Assembly (NCBI GenBank): GCA_963733035.1
Contig: CAVTBU010000004.1
Coordinates: 421,619 to 485,618, forward strand
DNA length: 64,000 nt
Direction: 5' to 3'
Origin: Pirellulales bacterium
Lineage (GTDB): Bacteria; Planctomycetota; Planctomycetia; Pirellulales; PALSA-1355
Positions 32,217 through 42,271 of the stretch are shown here, one piece after another. Under the pieces are notes generated by a model. That model searched no databases and was not told the DNA's origin. It was given only the letters and a program-made list of their open reading frames with translations. A program made the translations under genes and the position numbers. How positions within the stretch are numbered: position 1 is the stretch's first letter; the number at the start of each line of letters is the position of its first letter.

Positions 32217-35164
32217 ATGCGCTGCTCGAAATGCGTCGCGTCACTGCCGGCCACCTTCGCCATCTTTGCCGCGATGACGGTTTTTATTCAACCGCTTGTT
32301 GCCCAGTCGCTCCCCGCGGCCCGGCTCTATAGCGTATTTCCCGCGGGCGCCAAACAGGGCACAACCGTGGATGTGACGATCGGCGGAGACGACCTCGATA
32401 AGGCGTCGACGCTTCACTTCACGAATCCCGGCATCACGGCGGCGCAAAAGACGCAGCCGCCGGCACTCGGGCAGGAAGGCCCGCAGCCAGTTCCAGGGCA
32501 GTTCACGCTGACCATTGCGCCCGACGCGCAGGTGGGCATCTGCGAGCTGCGGGCAGTCGGCAAGTATGGCGTGTCGAATCCCCGCGCTTTTGTCGTCGGC
32601 ACGCGAGACGAGTTGGTGGAAAAGGAACCGAACAATGTTATCGAGCAGGCTACGGTCGTACCCCTTGGCGCGACGGTCAATGGCCAGGCCAACGGTGGCG
32701 CAGACCAAGACTACTTCAAGTTCACGGCGAAGGCCGGGCAGCGCGTCATTATCGACTGCTGGGCGTACCGGATCGATTCGCGGATGGATCCCTCGCTCGT
32801 GTTGTATGACGCCAGCGGCACCGAGCTCGACCGCAGCCGCGACACCAACCGCCGCGACCCGATGCTCGATTTCACCGCTCCGGCCGATGACGACTACTTT
32901 GTCGAACTACATGACTTCTTATACGCCGGCAATGCCGAGTACTTCTATCGGCTAAACATCGGTGCCGACGCCCACCTCGACTTCATCTATCCGCCGGCCG
33001 GGGTACCCGGCTCCAACGAAACCTACACCCTCTATGGCCGAAACCTGCCCGGCGGTCAGCCAACCGATCTCGTGTCGGCCGACGGCAAGCCGCTGGAGTC
33101 GCTCGCCGTGCAAATCGCTCTGCCCGCGGACGCAAGTACTCAACAGCTCGATTTTCAGGCCGCCATCGAGCCCGACGAATCGGCCATTGACGGATTCGCT
33201 TATCAACTCGCGACGCCGACGGGCCTGACCAACAGCGTGCTGATCGGTTATGCAACGGCGCCCGTTGTGCTCGAACAGGAACCCAACGACGAGCCAGCGC
33301 AGGCGCAAAAGATTACGCCTCCCTGTGAGTATGTCGGCCATTTCGGGCCGCACTCCGATCGCGATTGGGTCACGTTCGATGCCAAACAAGGCCAGGTGCT
33401 GTGGATGGAAGTCTTTTCGCAACGTCTTGGCTTGCCCACCGATCCGTTCCTACTCGTTCAGCAAGTTACGAAGAACGACAAAGGGGAAGAACAGATCAAG
33501 GACATCGCCGGCGTCGACGACTACTTGGACAATCCCCAGGGTCAGGTCCGCCGCGGGATGGCGATTTACGACATGCGGACGGACGACCCTGCGTACCGCT
33601 TTGTGGCACCTGCCGACGGCACCTACCGGGTGCTGGTTCGGAACATGGCCAACTACGCCAAACCAGATCCCGGATTGGTTTACCGCCTTGCGATTCGCCC
33701 CGAACAGCCCGACTTCCGCGTCATCGCCAAGCCGCGATTGTTGCCGTTCAGCAACGATCCAAACCAGAATCCTCCCACCGTCTGGAGTCCACTGCTGCGC
33801 AAGGGCGGAACCGAGATAGTCGACGTCGTGGTCTTTCGCCGCGATGGTTTTAACGGGCCGGTGGAAGTTTCGGTCGAAGGCCTGCCGCAAGGAGTGACGT
33901 CCTCTCCGATTACTATTGCGCCTGGACAGGAAGTCGGCGAACTGGTGCTCAGCGCGGCCGACGACGCGCCAGCTTCGATGAGTCTGATCAACGTGGTCGG
34001 AAAGGCCCAGGTGGGAGACAATCAAGTCGCGCACCCGGCCCGCTACGCCACGATGGTCTGGGGTGGACAGAACAATGTGATCACACCGCGCTCGCGCTTG
34101 CGCGCAGTCTTGCCGTCGCTGTAAGCGAGGGCGAAACAGCGCCGTACTCCGTCGCGATCACCGGCCCCCTGGAGACCTGCAAAGCGGGCAAAGTCACACT
34201 ACCCGTGAAGTTGGTTCGCCGAGGAGAATTCAAGGGCGCCGTGACTTTGAGCCCATTTCCCGTGCCGCCCAACGTCAAGCCGCCCTCGATCACCCTGGAC
34301 GACAAAACCCAAGAAGGCAACCTGGAAATCGCCGTGGCACCCAACACGCCGGCCGGCGAATATTCGTTCACGCTTGTGGCAACTTCGCAGGTGAGCTACG
34401 CAAGGAACCCCGAAGCCGTCGCCGAAGCCCAGGCCCGCAAGGCGTCCGTCGATAAGATTGCCGCGGACCTCACAGCGGCGGCGAAAACGGCCGTCGACGC
34501 CAAAGCGGCGGCCGAAAAGCAAGCCACTGACATGGCCGCGGCGGTTGAACACGCCAAGGCAGCGGCCGATGCCGCGGCAAAGGAATTGGCCGCCGCCCAG
34601 GCGAAAGCAAAGGCCGCCACCGAAGCGCTGGCTAGTAGCGAGCAACTTGCGAAATCCGCAGCCGACGCGAAAGCGGCTGCCGAAAAAGCGGCCGCTGACG
34701 CTGATGCCCAGGCCAAACAGGCGGCCGAGGTACAAAAGGCCGTTGACAAGCAGGTCGCCGATGCCACCGCCGCGGCCAACCCGAAAAACATCAACGTGGC
34801 CACACCGTCCCCCACCGTTACGCTCAAGGTCGCCGACGCTCCGATCACCTTGGACGTGACCGCGCCGGCAGCGGCCAAGCCGGGCACCACGGTCGAAACG
34901 CCTCTAAAGATTGCGCGGCTTTACGGTTTCGCCGACGCCGTTCCGGTCACGATCAAACCGGCCGGCGATGCTAAGGCGATCAAGATCGCCGATATTTCGC
35001 TACCGGCCGATCAAACCGAGGGCAAACTGGCCATCGAGATTGGAGCGGAAACGCCACCAGGCACGTACAACTTCACGCTCCAGGCCACACCCAAGTTCAA
35101 CGGCCAGGATTTGCCAGTCAGCCAGACACTCGCGGTCGTTGTGGAAGCGGCCAAAACCGAATAG
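32217..35164 (+). CDS. Large secreted PPC-domain protein (planctomycete type) with Ala/Lys-rich coiled-coil insert, frameshift near 34100
   Basis: Signal peptide; FPAGAKQG, SNPRAF.V, two E.EPN repeats, D.D.F.F.AK.GQ, DP...F.AP.DG.Y, RRDGF.G; one G restores RLARSLAV joining ORF 34205. Confidence 0.8.
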
Positions 35165-35226
35165 ACCGTCAAACCCAATATCGCGTTGCCTCGGGCTCGA
35201 TGCCGATGCATGCCGAATGATCGCTG

Positions 35227-36135
35227 CTACTTCTTGTCAAGCAACCCTCGGCCACGCATCCAAGCCAGACACTGTTCGGGCCAACTTTCAGCACCAATGT
35301 TGCCGGCCGCCAGTCCAAGGCCGTGCCGCCCTTGTTCATATACGTGCAATTCGGCCGGAACCTTGGCTTTGCACAGCGCCAGGTAAAAGAGCACGCTGTT
35401 TTCAGCCGGAACACCCGAATCGGCATTGGTGTGCCAGAGAAACGCGGGGGGCGTGTCGGGCGTGACCGCCAGTTCGTTCGAGAATTGCGCAACCAATTTC
35501 GGATCGGGCTCGTCCCCCAACAAGTTCTTTTTTGATCCCTGGTGCGTGAACGGCGTCGTCAACGAAATCACCGGATAGCACAGGATCAAAAAATCCGGCC
35601 GACAACCGGCGCGCTCGATCGGGTCCTGAGCGTCACTCTTGCCGCCGTCGAAGTGCGTTCCCGCGCTCGACGCCAGATGCCCGCCGGCCGAAAAGCCCAG
35701 GATGCCGATCTTTTTTGGATCGACCCCAAACTCACTTGCCCGGGCTCGCACCGTGCGAATGGCACGCTGGGCGTCATTTAGCGGGGCCGGATGTCCATAA
35801 CCAGTACCACGATGGCGGTACTTGAGCACGAATGCCGCCACGCCATGGTCATTGAGCCATTTGCCCACGTCGATCCCTTCGTAACTCATCGCCAGGCCGC
35901 CGTAACCGCCGCCCGGACAAACGACCACGGCCGTGCCCGTTGCCTTGTCGTGTGGCGGAAGGCTGACGGTCAGCGTGGGCTTGTCGTCCTCCGAGTCTCC
36001 CTTGGCTCCCGGTGCGCCCGACGGCCACAACAATTCCGTTTTGGATTCGGCACGCGCCGTGCCGACGGCTGCCGCCATTACACATCCAATCAGCAACAGC
36101 TTCCCAAGCCACTCTTTCAGTCTCGAATCGATCAC
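35227..36135 (-). CDS. Secreted alpha/beta hydrolase (acetyl/feruloyl-esterase-like)
   Basis: GTG start after GAGGAGG; CPGGGY, GFSAGGHL nucleophile, YPVI, D..VP, HGLG. Confidence 0.9.
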   Translation of the reverse strand: MIDSRLKEWLGKLLLIGCVMAAAVGTARAESKTELLWPSGAPGAKGDSEDDKPTLTVSLPPHDKATGTAVVVCPGGGYGGLAMSYEGIDVGKWLNDHGVAAFVLKYRHRGTGYGHPAPLNDAQRAIRTVRARASEFGVDPKKIGILGFSAGGHLASSAGTHFDGGKSDAQDPIERAGCRPDFLILCYPVISLTTPFTHQGSKKNLLGDEPDPKLVAQFSNELAVTPDTPPAFLWHTNADSGVPAENSVLFYLALCKAKVPAELHVYEQGRHGLGLAAGNIGAESWPEQCLAWMRGRGLLDKK

Positions 36136-36169
36136 GGCAGCCTCCTCAATGGAGCATGTGGATTCAAAA

Positions 36170-37042
36170 TCAGACGCCCGGGTCAAACAGCAGTGGAAAA
36201 AAAGTTCCATCCATCTTTTGTCCGCGCGGCACCGACGGAACGCCGGCCAACAGCTCGGCATCACTGTCCGAGCAGACGCCGTCGCGAAAGACATTGATCA
36301 CGGCCGCGCGGCGAGGTCCATCCGTGGAGTTCTCATACGACCCATGCACCATCAGCGGATGGTGGAACGTGCATTCCCCCTTCTTCAGTTCGATGGCCAC
36401 GGGCTTGAATTGTCTCTTCTGCTCCTCGGTCAGAACGGTCTGGATGGCATCCATATCGCCGGCCAATCCCGTAACCGGCAGCAGCTCCCATCGATGACTC
36501 CCAGGTATGTACTGCATGCACCCGTTGTCGCGCGTGGCGTCATCCAGACCGATCCAACACGTCAGATGTGCCATCGGCTTGGTGCGCGTCCAATACGAAT
36601 AATCCTGATGCCAGGCGACCACGCCTCCGTGATGCGCCGGCTTGCAGAACAACTGGTCGTGCCAGAATCGCACTGCGCCATCCAAAAGCTGGCTGGCCGG
36701 TACGGTAAACGCCGGATTCCACAACAAGTCGTGAAACCCAGGGGCGATCCGCCAGGCGCCCAGCGCGTGAAACAATGTACGTCTCGGGTCGGTCGATTCG
36801 TTCGAGTTGTATTCGTAGAACAAGCCGTTGCCTGGGTGCGACGGGTCGACCAGTTCTGCCAGTTCACCCCGCAGCGTTTCTACTTGATCATCGGAAAGAA
36901 CGCGAACGCCCGATACGTAACCGAAGTCGTGAAAATGGGCGACCTGTTCATCGCTCAGGCGGAATTCCGTCGGGTTGTGTGAAAGCACATCACCAAGCAT
37001 GTCTCCGACGGGTTCATGGCGGGTCGCCAAATCAGAAACCAT
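36170..37042 (-). CDS. Phytanoyl-CoA dioxygenase (PhyH) family Fe/2OG protein
   Basis: [22 protein letters not shown]...HGS..N, RR. Confidence 0.9.
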   Translation of the reverse strand: MVSDLATRHEPVGDMLGDVLSHNPTEFRLSDEQVAHFHDFGYVSGVRVLSDDQVETLRGELAELVDPSHPGNGLFYEYNSNESTDPRRTLFHALGAWRIAPGFHDLLWNPAFTVPASQLLDGAVRFWHDQLFCKPAHHGGVVAWHQDYSYWTRTKPMAHLTCWIGLDDATRDNGCMQYIPGSHRWELLPVTGLAGDMDAIQTVLTEEQKRQFKPVAIELKKGECTFHHPLMVHGSYENSTDGPRRAAVINVFRDGVCSDSDAELLAGVPSVPRGQKMDGTFFPLLFDPGV

Positions 37043-37056
37043 GCGCCACGACTCCG

Positions 37057-37554
37057 CTACTTTTCCAGATACGTGATGAGTACTTTCACCAGGTCGAGGC
37101 TGCTAATAACCCCCACCGGCCTTTCACCTTCGACCACAATCACGCGATGAATGTGGTCGTCAAGCATGGTCTGGGCGACTCGGGTCAACGGCTCGCCGGG
37201 CGGACAAACCGTCACCTGGTCTTGCATCGCGTCGCGCACCTTGAGTCGCGTGATCATCTGCCGAAAACCGTCGAACTGCGGCGGATCCGTGTGCTGAAAG
37301 CCGTCGGCCTGCGCAGGCCAGTCGAGTCGGTCGTTGACTTGCCCGTCGAGGGAGTTCATCAACACTTGCACGCGGGCGACGTCGCTTGCGCTCAAGACCC
37401 CAATCAGCCGCTCCTCTTCCACGACGGGCATTCCGCTGATATGGCGCTCGAACAACAGGCTTTCCACCTCAAGCAGATCCTGGTCGGGGTGCGCGCAAAC
37501 AAGAGAACGCGTCATGACGTCGGCCGCTTGAAGTCCTTTTGCGGAAGGTGCCAT
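37057..37554 (-). CDS. CBS domain pair protein
   Basis: A.DVMT, ISGMPVV...LIGVLS, VRDAM, IHRVIVV...GVISSLD. Confidence 0.9.
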   Translation of the reverse strand: MAPSAKGLQAADVMTRSLVCAHPDQDLLEVESLLFERHISGMPVVEEERLIGVLSASDVARVQVLMNSLDGQVNDRLDWPAQADGFQHTDPPQFDGFRQMITRLKVRDAMQDQVTVCPPGEPLTRVAQTMLDDHIHRVIVVEGERPVGVISSLDLVKVLITYLEK

Positions 37555-37675
37555 CGATTCAGCTCCGAAAACCTGGGCTTCTCAATCAGTTGGTGCACCA
37601 AATTATGCACGCTCGAACAGCCGTCGACCAGGGTCGCCGCCGCGCGGCCCGCTCAAAAAAACGCGTCGCTAAATC

Positions 37676-37709
37676 AAAAGACGCGACCGGTCGCCTGACC
37701 GGCCGCGTC
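37676..37709 (-). terminator. Probable intrinsic terminator
   Basis: GACGCGACCGGTC-GCCT-GACCGGCCGCGTC hairpin with adjacent A run (U run on minus strand), just past the thioredoxin-like stop. Confidence 0.6.
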
Positions 37710-37739
37710 AGCGGAGAAAACGAACAACTTCCCACACCC

Positions 37740-38215
37740 CTACGGTTCGCTGGCCAGCTTGCCCGAGGGCGGCCGCGCGCGAACCGCCTTGAGCCGGCTC
37801 GCCAGAACTTCTGGCGTCACGTAGCCATCGATGCGATCGAGTACCACCGCCTGCGGCGAGATCACAAAAGTGCTGGGATACCCCTTGACGTTCAACTCTC
37901 GTAAGAGCGGCGTTGGCTGGGTTCCGTCCAAAATGAGCGGCACGAACGCGGCTTGGACACTCCGGGCTACCGCAGGGCTGGCGTACGTGCCGTCCTTCAT
38001 TTTTGTGCAGTAGTAACAATGATCGCGAGTCACAAAAACCAGCAGCAGTCTTCCATGCTGCTGAGTCGCTTGCCAAGCCACACCAATATCCTTTTGCCAG
38101 GCGACCTCCTGGCGCCTTTTTCGGCCAACGGTCGGGCCGTCTCGCTTGCCGCGGCCGCTTGAATCCATGCGCCGCTCCATGCGGCCGCACATACGAGAAC
38201 TGCGATTGTCTTCAC
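37740..38215 (-). CDS. Secreted thioredoxin-fold protein (CYYC), frameshift near 38112
   Basis: Signal peptide VKTIAVLVCAAAW...AAA (frame of ORF 38030, GTG 38215 after GAGGT) joins VAWQKD...CYYC..M...YPST...GY in ORF 37740. Confidence 0.75.
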
Positions 38216-38578
38216 GTTACACCTCGCTGGCCGAGAATCTTTTCGAAGCATTAGTGGGTATCGTGTGTGCGCGAACAACAAACGCACATCGAATCCTGAA
38301 TTTCAAGCAAGATTCAAACTCGCGCGAAGGTGGCGACGTTTTTGTCACTAGCGACCTCTGAAAGCACTTGTTCCGTTGGCGAAGAGCTGCGCGATCGTGC
38401 CCGCCTGCAGCGAGCTGCACGCTCCTGCCGCTTGCCTTGCATTTCGCCTCGCAAGCTGGCAGCGCAAAAAAAACTGCGGCGCGATTGCCTTCCCTTGGCA
38501 ATCGCGCCGCAATCGGACCCCTTACGAGGAGACATAACGTAAGGGGCTCTCACCCTAGCTTTGCATAGCCCGCGTGAC

Positions 38579-40660
38579 TTACTCGGTCGAAACAAAAACC
38601 ATCATCGAATGATGGTCCAGGCAAACGCGGCCCAGCGGAGGAGGGAACGGGCCGTCCAGGTCCGGGAAAATATCGTTGGGCGAGTTCTGCCGTGTGTCCA
38701 AGAACACACGCCAATTCACCGGCCGGGGCATCAGCGGAATCGTAAACTCACGTGCCTGCCTGCCGGCGTGCGTCATGATCAGTACGTGCCGCGGCTTGCG
38801 ATTGGCGGGCTCCGGCGGCGGCGCAGAGAAGCAACACGTCAGACTAGGACTGCCGTCGCGCCATTCCTTGCGCTTGCCGTCCGGTCCAAACCACAAGACC
38901 TCCGGCAGGTCACCGGATCGAAGCGGTTCACCACTCGGGAAGTCGACGCGGCGCACCGCCGGCTGCGCTCGCCGAAAGTGAATCAGGGCCCTTGCAAAGC
39001 GCACGAGACCTTCGTTCTTTTCCACGAGTTTCCAGTCAAACCACGAGATCGCGTTGTCCTGACAATAGGCGTTGTTGTTGCCTCGCTGTGTACGCCGACA
39101 CTCGTCGCCCGATAGCAGCATCGGCACACCTTGGCTGAGGAACAGCGTTGCCAGCATGTTCTTGATCTGCCGCAGCCGCAGCGCCTCGACTTCCGGCCGG
39201 CGTGTGGGACCTTCGGCCCCGTAGTTGTCGCTGTAGTTGCTATTGTCGCCGTCGCGATTTCCTTCGCCGTTGGCTTCGTTGTGTTTATCTTTGAACGACA
39301 CCAGGTCATTCATCGAAAAACCATCGTGCGACGTGATGAAGTTGATGCTGTGGTATGGCTGGCGACCGCCAGCCTGGTATAAGTCGCTTGAACCGGCCAA
39401 TCGCGTGGCCAGCGGGGGCGTCATGCCCGGGTCTCCGCGCCAAAATCGCCGCACGTCGTCGCGATAGCGGCCGTTCCACTCGGCCCACCGCAGTTGGGCA
39501 AACGAGCCAACCTGATAAGCACCCGACGCATCCCAGGCCTCGGCAATCACCTTGCTGTCGGCCAACAACGGATCTTCCGCAATCGACTCAACGACCGGTG
39601 GGTTGGGCACCATTTCGCCGTTGCGGTCGCGGCTCAAAATCGATGCCAAATCAAAACGGAACCCGTCTACGTGATAGTTGTGAACCCAGTGCCGCAGGCA
39701 CAAAAAGATCATTTCGCGCACGATCGGATGATTGCCGTTGATCGTGTTGCCGCAGCCCGAGTAGTTTTTGTAGTAGTTTCCGCCACCCTCGAGCATGTAG
39801 TACACCTGGTTCTCCAGGCCTTTGAAGCTCAGGGTCGGTCCCAGTTCATTTCCTTCGCAAGTGTGATTGAACACCACGTCGAGAATGACTTCGATGCCGG
39901 CCTGATGCAAGGCCCGCACCATCTGCTTGAATTCGTTCACCTGACAACCCGGCTCGCTGCCGGCGGCATACCCGCGATGCGGCGCAAAGAACGCCAACGG
40001 GTCGTAGCCCCAGTAATTGCCGCGGCCGTGATTCTCGCCCCAAAATCCGTTCGCGGGAAACTCATGCACGGGCATTAGTTCCACGGCCGTCACGCCCAGC
40101 GATTTGAGATACGGAATCTTCTCGATGACGCCCAAATAGGTGCCAGGATGATCGACACCGCTGGAGCCGCTGCGCGTGAATCCGCGCACATGCATTTCGT
40201 AAATGATGGTTTCCGAAAGCTCGCGACGCAGATGCCGATCGCCTTGCCAGTCGAAGCGATCGTCGACAACGACGCACTTGGGCGGACGAATGACGCCGTC
40301 GTCGGATGCCTGAAAGTTACCGGCCAGCGCCCGCGCATACGGATCGATCAGCCGCGCGGTGCGGTCGAAGCGATGCCCTCGCTCTGGATCGAACGGCCCG
40401 TCGGCTTGAAAGTGATAAAGCTGGCCGGCAGTCAAGCTCGGCACGAAAATGCTCCAAATGTCGCCCCACCGATCGGTGTTGCGGTCGAAGACGATGACTT
40501 CCGATGGTTCGCGGTCCTCGACGCGGTTGTAAAGTAGCACGCGCATCGCCGTGGCCGAACGACTGAATGTCACGAACTGCACGCCGCTGTCGTGCAATAG
40601 GGCCCCGTAGGGCAGCGGATGACTGAACTGCAAGGCTGGATGCCGATGCAACATGAGCAT
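38579..40660 (-). CDS. glgX: Glycogen debranching enzyme (GH13 isoamylase)
   Basis: PLPYGA, LIDPYAR, IYEMHVRGFT, NYWGYDP, DVVFNHT, DGFRFDLAS, AEAWD, HDGF, NNNAYCQDN. Confidence 0.96.
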   Translation of the reverse strand: MLMLHRHPALQFSHPLPYGALLHDSGVQFVTFSRSATAMRVLLYNRVEDREPSEVIVFDRNTDRWGDIWSIFVPSLTAGQLYHFQADGPFDPERGHRFDRTARLIDPYARALAGNFQASDDGVIRPPKCVVVDDRFDWQGDRHLRRELSETIIYEMHVRGFTRSGSSGVDHPGTYLGVIEKIPYLKSLGVTAVELMPVHEFPANGFWGENHGRGNYWGYDPLAFFAPHRGYAAGSEPGCQVNEFKQMVRALHQAGIEVILDVVFNHTCEGNELGPTLSFKGLENQVYYMLEGGGNYYKNYSGCGNTINGNHPIVREMIFLCLRHWVHNYHVDGFRFDLASILSRDRNGEMVPNPPVVESIAEDPLLADSKVIAEAWDASGAYQVGSFAQLRWAEWNGRYRDDVRRFWRGDPGMTPPLATRLAGSSDLYQAGGRQPYHSINFITSHDGFSMNDLVSFKDKHNEANGEGNRDGDNSNYSDNYGAEGPTRRPEVEALRLRQIKNMLATLFLSQGVPMLLSGDECRRTQRGNNNAYCQDNAISWFDWKLVEKNEGLVRFARALIHFRRAQPAVRRVDFPSGEPLRSGDLPEVLWFGPDGKRKEWRDGSPSLTCCFSAPPPEPANRKPRHVLIMTHAGRQAREFTIPLMPRPVNWRVFLDTRQNSPNDIFPDLDGPFPPPLGRVCLDHHSMMVFVSTE

Positions 40661-40912
40661 GCTAGAGCACTCGCGATTTTCAAGATCAGGGTATGAATTT
40701 GCTCCGCAGCAAACATACCACCAAGCCGAGTGCCGCAACCTCCAAGGGTGTGTGGAAACGTGAAAATTGGGCGGTCCGCGACCCGCCCGTGCCGCTTGTC
40801 TCAATCAGGGTAGCGCGCGAATTCATGCCGAACGAAACGACACCGACCGCCCGCGCCATCTGGTCCACCACGACGGTCCGTTGAGTGCCGACAATTGCCC
40901 GGGCCGTTACGG

Positions 40913-41677
40913 TTAGCGAAACTTTGCGTGACAGCCTTCGCAACTCTCGAGCATCTGCTTCATGCTTGCGTCAACGCGCCCCTGATCCTGTGCGTGAATC
41001 GCCGCGTTCACATCGAGCGCGGCGTCGCGCATCTCAGCACAGAATCTCCGCCACTCCGCCGCCGCCTCGGTCGAGCCGCTGTACTCGTCGTCGTAGATCG
41101 ACGCCTGGGCCACCGCGGCCAGTGCCGCGGCCTGGCCAGCAGACTGCTCGGACTGGCGGCTTAGCCTCCGGGGCGTCGTGCCACGCTTCAATGAGGCATG
41201 AATCAACGGCACTTGCTTCATGAGCAGTGGCAGCGATGCCACGCGCTGCCAGGACAGTTCGCCGCCGGGAGACTTCCCTTCCCGTGCCGTTTTGACGTCG
41301 GCCAAGGCCTTGGTCGCCGATGCCGCGTTTCCTTCGGCGGCGGCCAAGGCTTGCGCTCCTTTTAGCAGTGCCGGCATCGACGACTTCTCAGGGAAATCCT
41401 CGGGGTGTTTCCCCAATACGAGTGCCAATACCGCCAACGTACTAGCGTCTTTGATAGTGCGGCTCTGTTTGGCCAGATCGAACTGATCCGGGTCACTTAG
41501 CGACTGTTCAATTCGTTCCACGAAAAAATCAACCTGCCCAAGCAAATCGGCGTGCGGAGCAAACGGCAAAGCGGCCGGCGCGGTTTCTGACAGCGACGGA
41601 CTGGTGCGTGCCCATGCCGCCAGTCCTAGCACGACGGCAAAACTAATCGCGGAAAGTCGCATGGAAATCGTCTGCAT
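40913..41677 (-). CDS. Secreted c-type cytochrome (cytochrome c'-like, C-terminal CxxCH)
   Basis: Signal peptide; all-helical; ends SCEGCHAKFR. Confidence 0.75.
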   Translation of the reverse strand: MQTISMRLSAISFAVVLGLAAWARTSPSLSETAPAALPFAPHADLLGQVDFFVERIEQSLSDPDQFDLAKQSRTIKDASTLAVLALVLGKHPEDFPEKSSMPALLKGAQALAAAEGNAASATKALADVKTAREGKSPGGELSWQRVASLPLLMKQVPLIHASLKRGTTPRRLSRQSEQSAGQAAALAAVAQASIYDDEYSGSTEAAAEWRRFCAEMRDAALDVNAAIHAQDQGRVDASMKQMLESCEGCHAKFR

Positions 41678-42052
41678 GGGAAACCTTCTTTTCTGCCAAG
41701 TTCCAGGCTGTGCAAGGGGCGGCCCTATCTGAATCGCGGGAAAAAGCGCTGTCAACGAGTTTCTGCAAGGAAACAACCGGTGCGCATTTTTTCCTATCCC
41801 CACCATGGTGGCAAATCGCGTCCTGGTCGAGCAAACAACCATGGTTGGGCCCTCGCCGAACAATCATAAGTCATTACTAGTTCAGTCTATTAACTTCAGA
41901 TTCCGGCCCCTCGCAGGGCGTCAGAAACCAAGAATTTCCGAGTCTTTTAACTTCATCTCGGGCCGTCGCGTATCGCGCCGGCGATGGGCGTCCTTCAAAC
42001 GGCGTGCTCGCAAGTGATTAGGCGATGGATTGTTGGGATCCCTACCACAATT

Positions 42053-42115
42053 GCTAAAATTTCCGCAAATATTTTAGCGAAGCTAGTTGACATTTCCTGA
42101 CATCGAAGTTCCAAT
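42053..42115 (+). promoter_or_regulatory. Palindromic operator-like site plus putative sigma70 promoter
   Basis: GCTAAAAT (42053-42060), 10 nt, ATTTTAGC (42071-42078); TTGACA 42087-42092, 17 nt, TCCAAT 42110-42115. Confidence 0.55.
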
Positions 42116-42271
42116 AGGACTCGTGTGGTCCGGAACTCCCCTTCAAGCCGCAGATCCGGAACCATCGGCCGTGTCTCATTCCAACGGTGTCCATACATTA
42201 CAACCTGGCAAATCGCCCCTGGCGACCTCCCACATCCCTGGGCAGGCCCAGCCCCTTGGTAGGAGCTTCCT

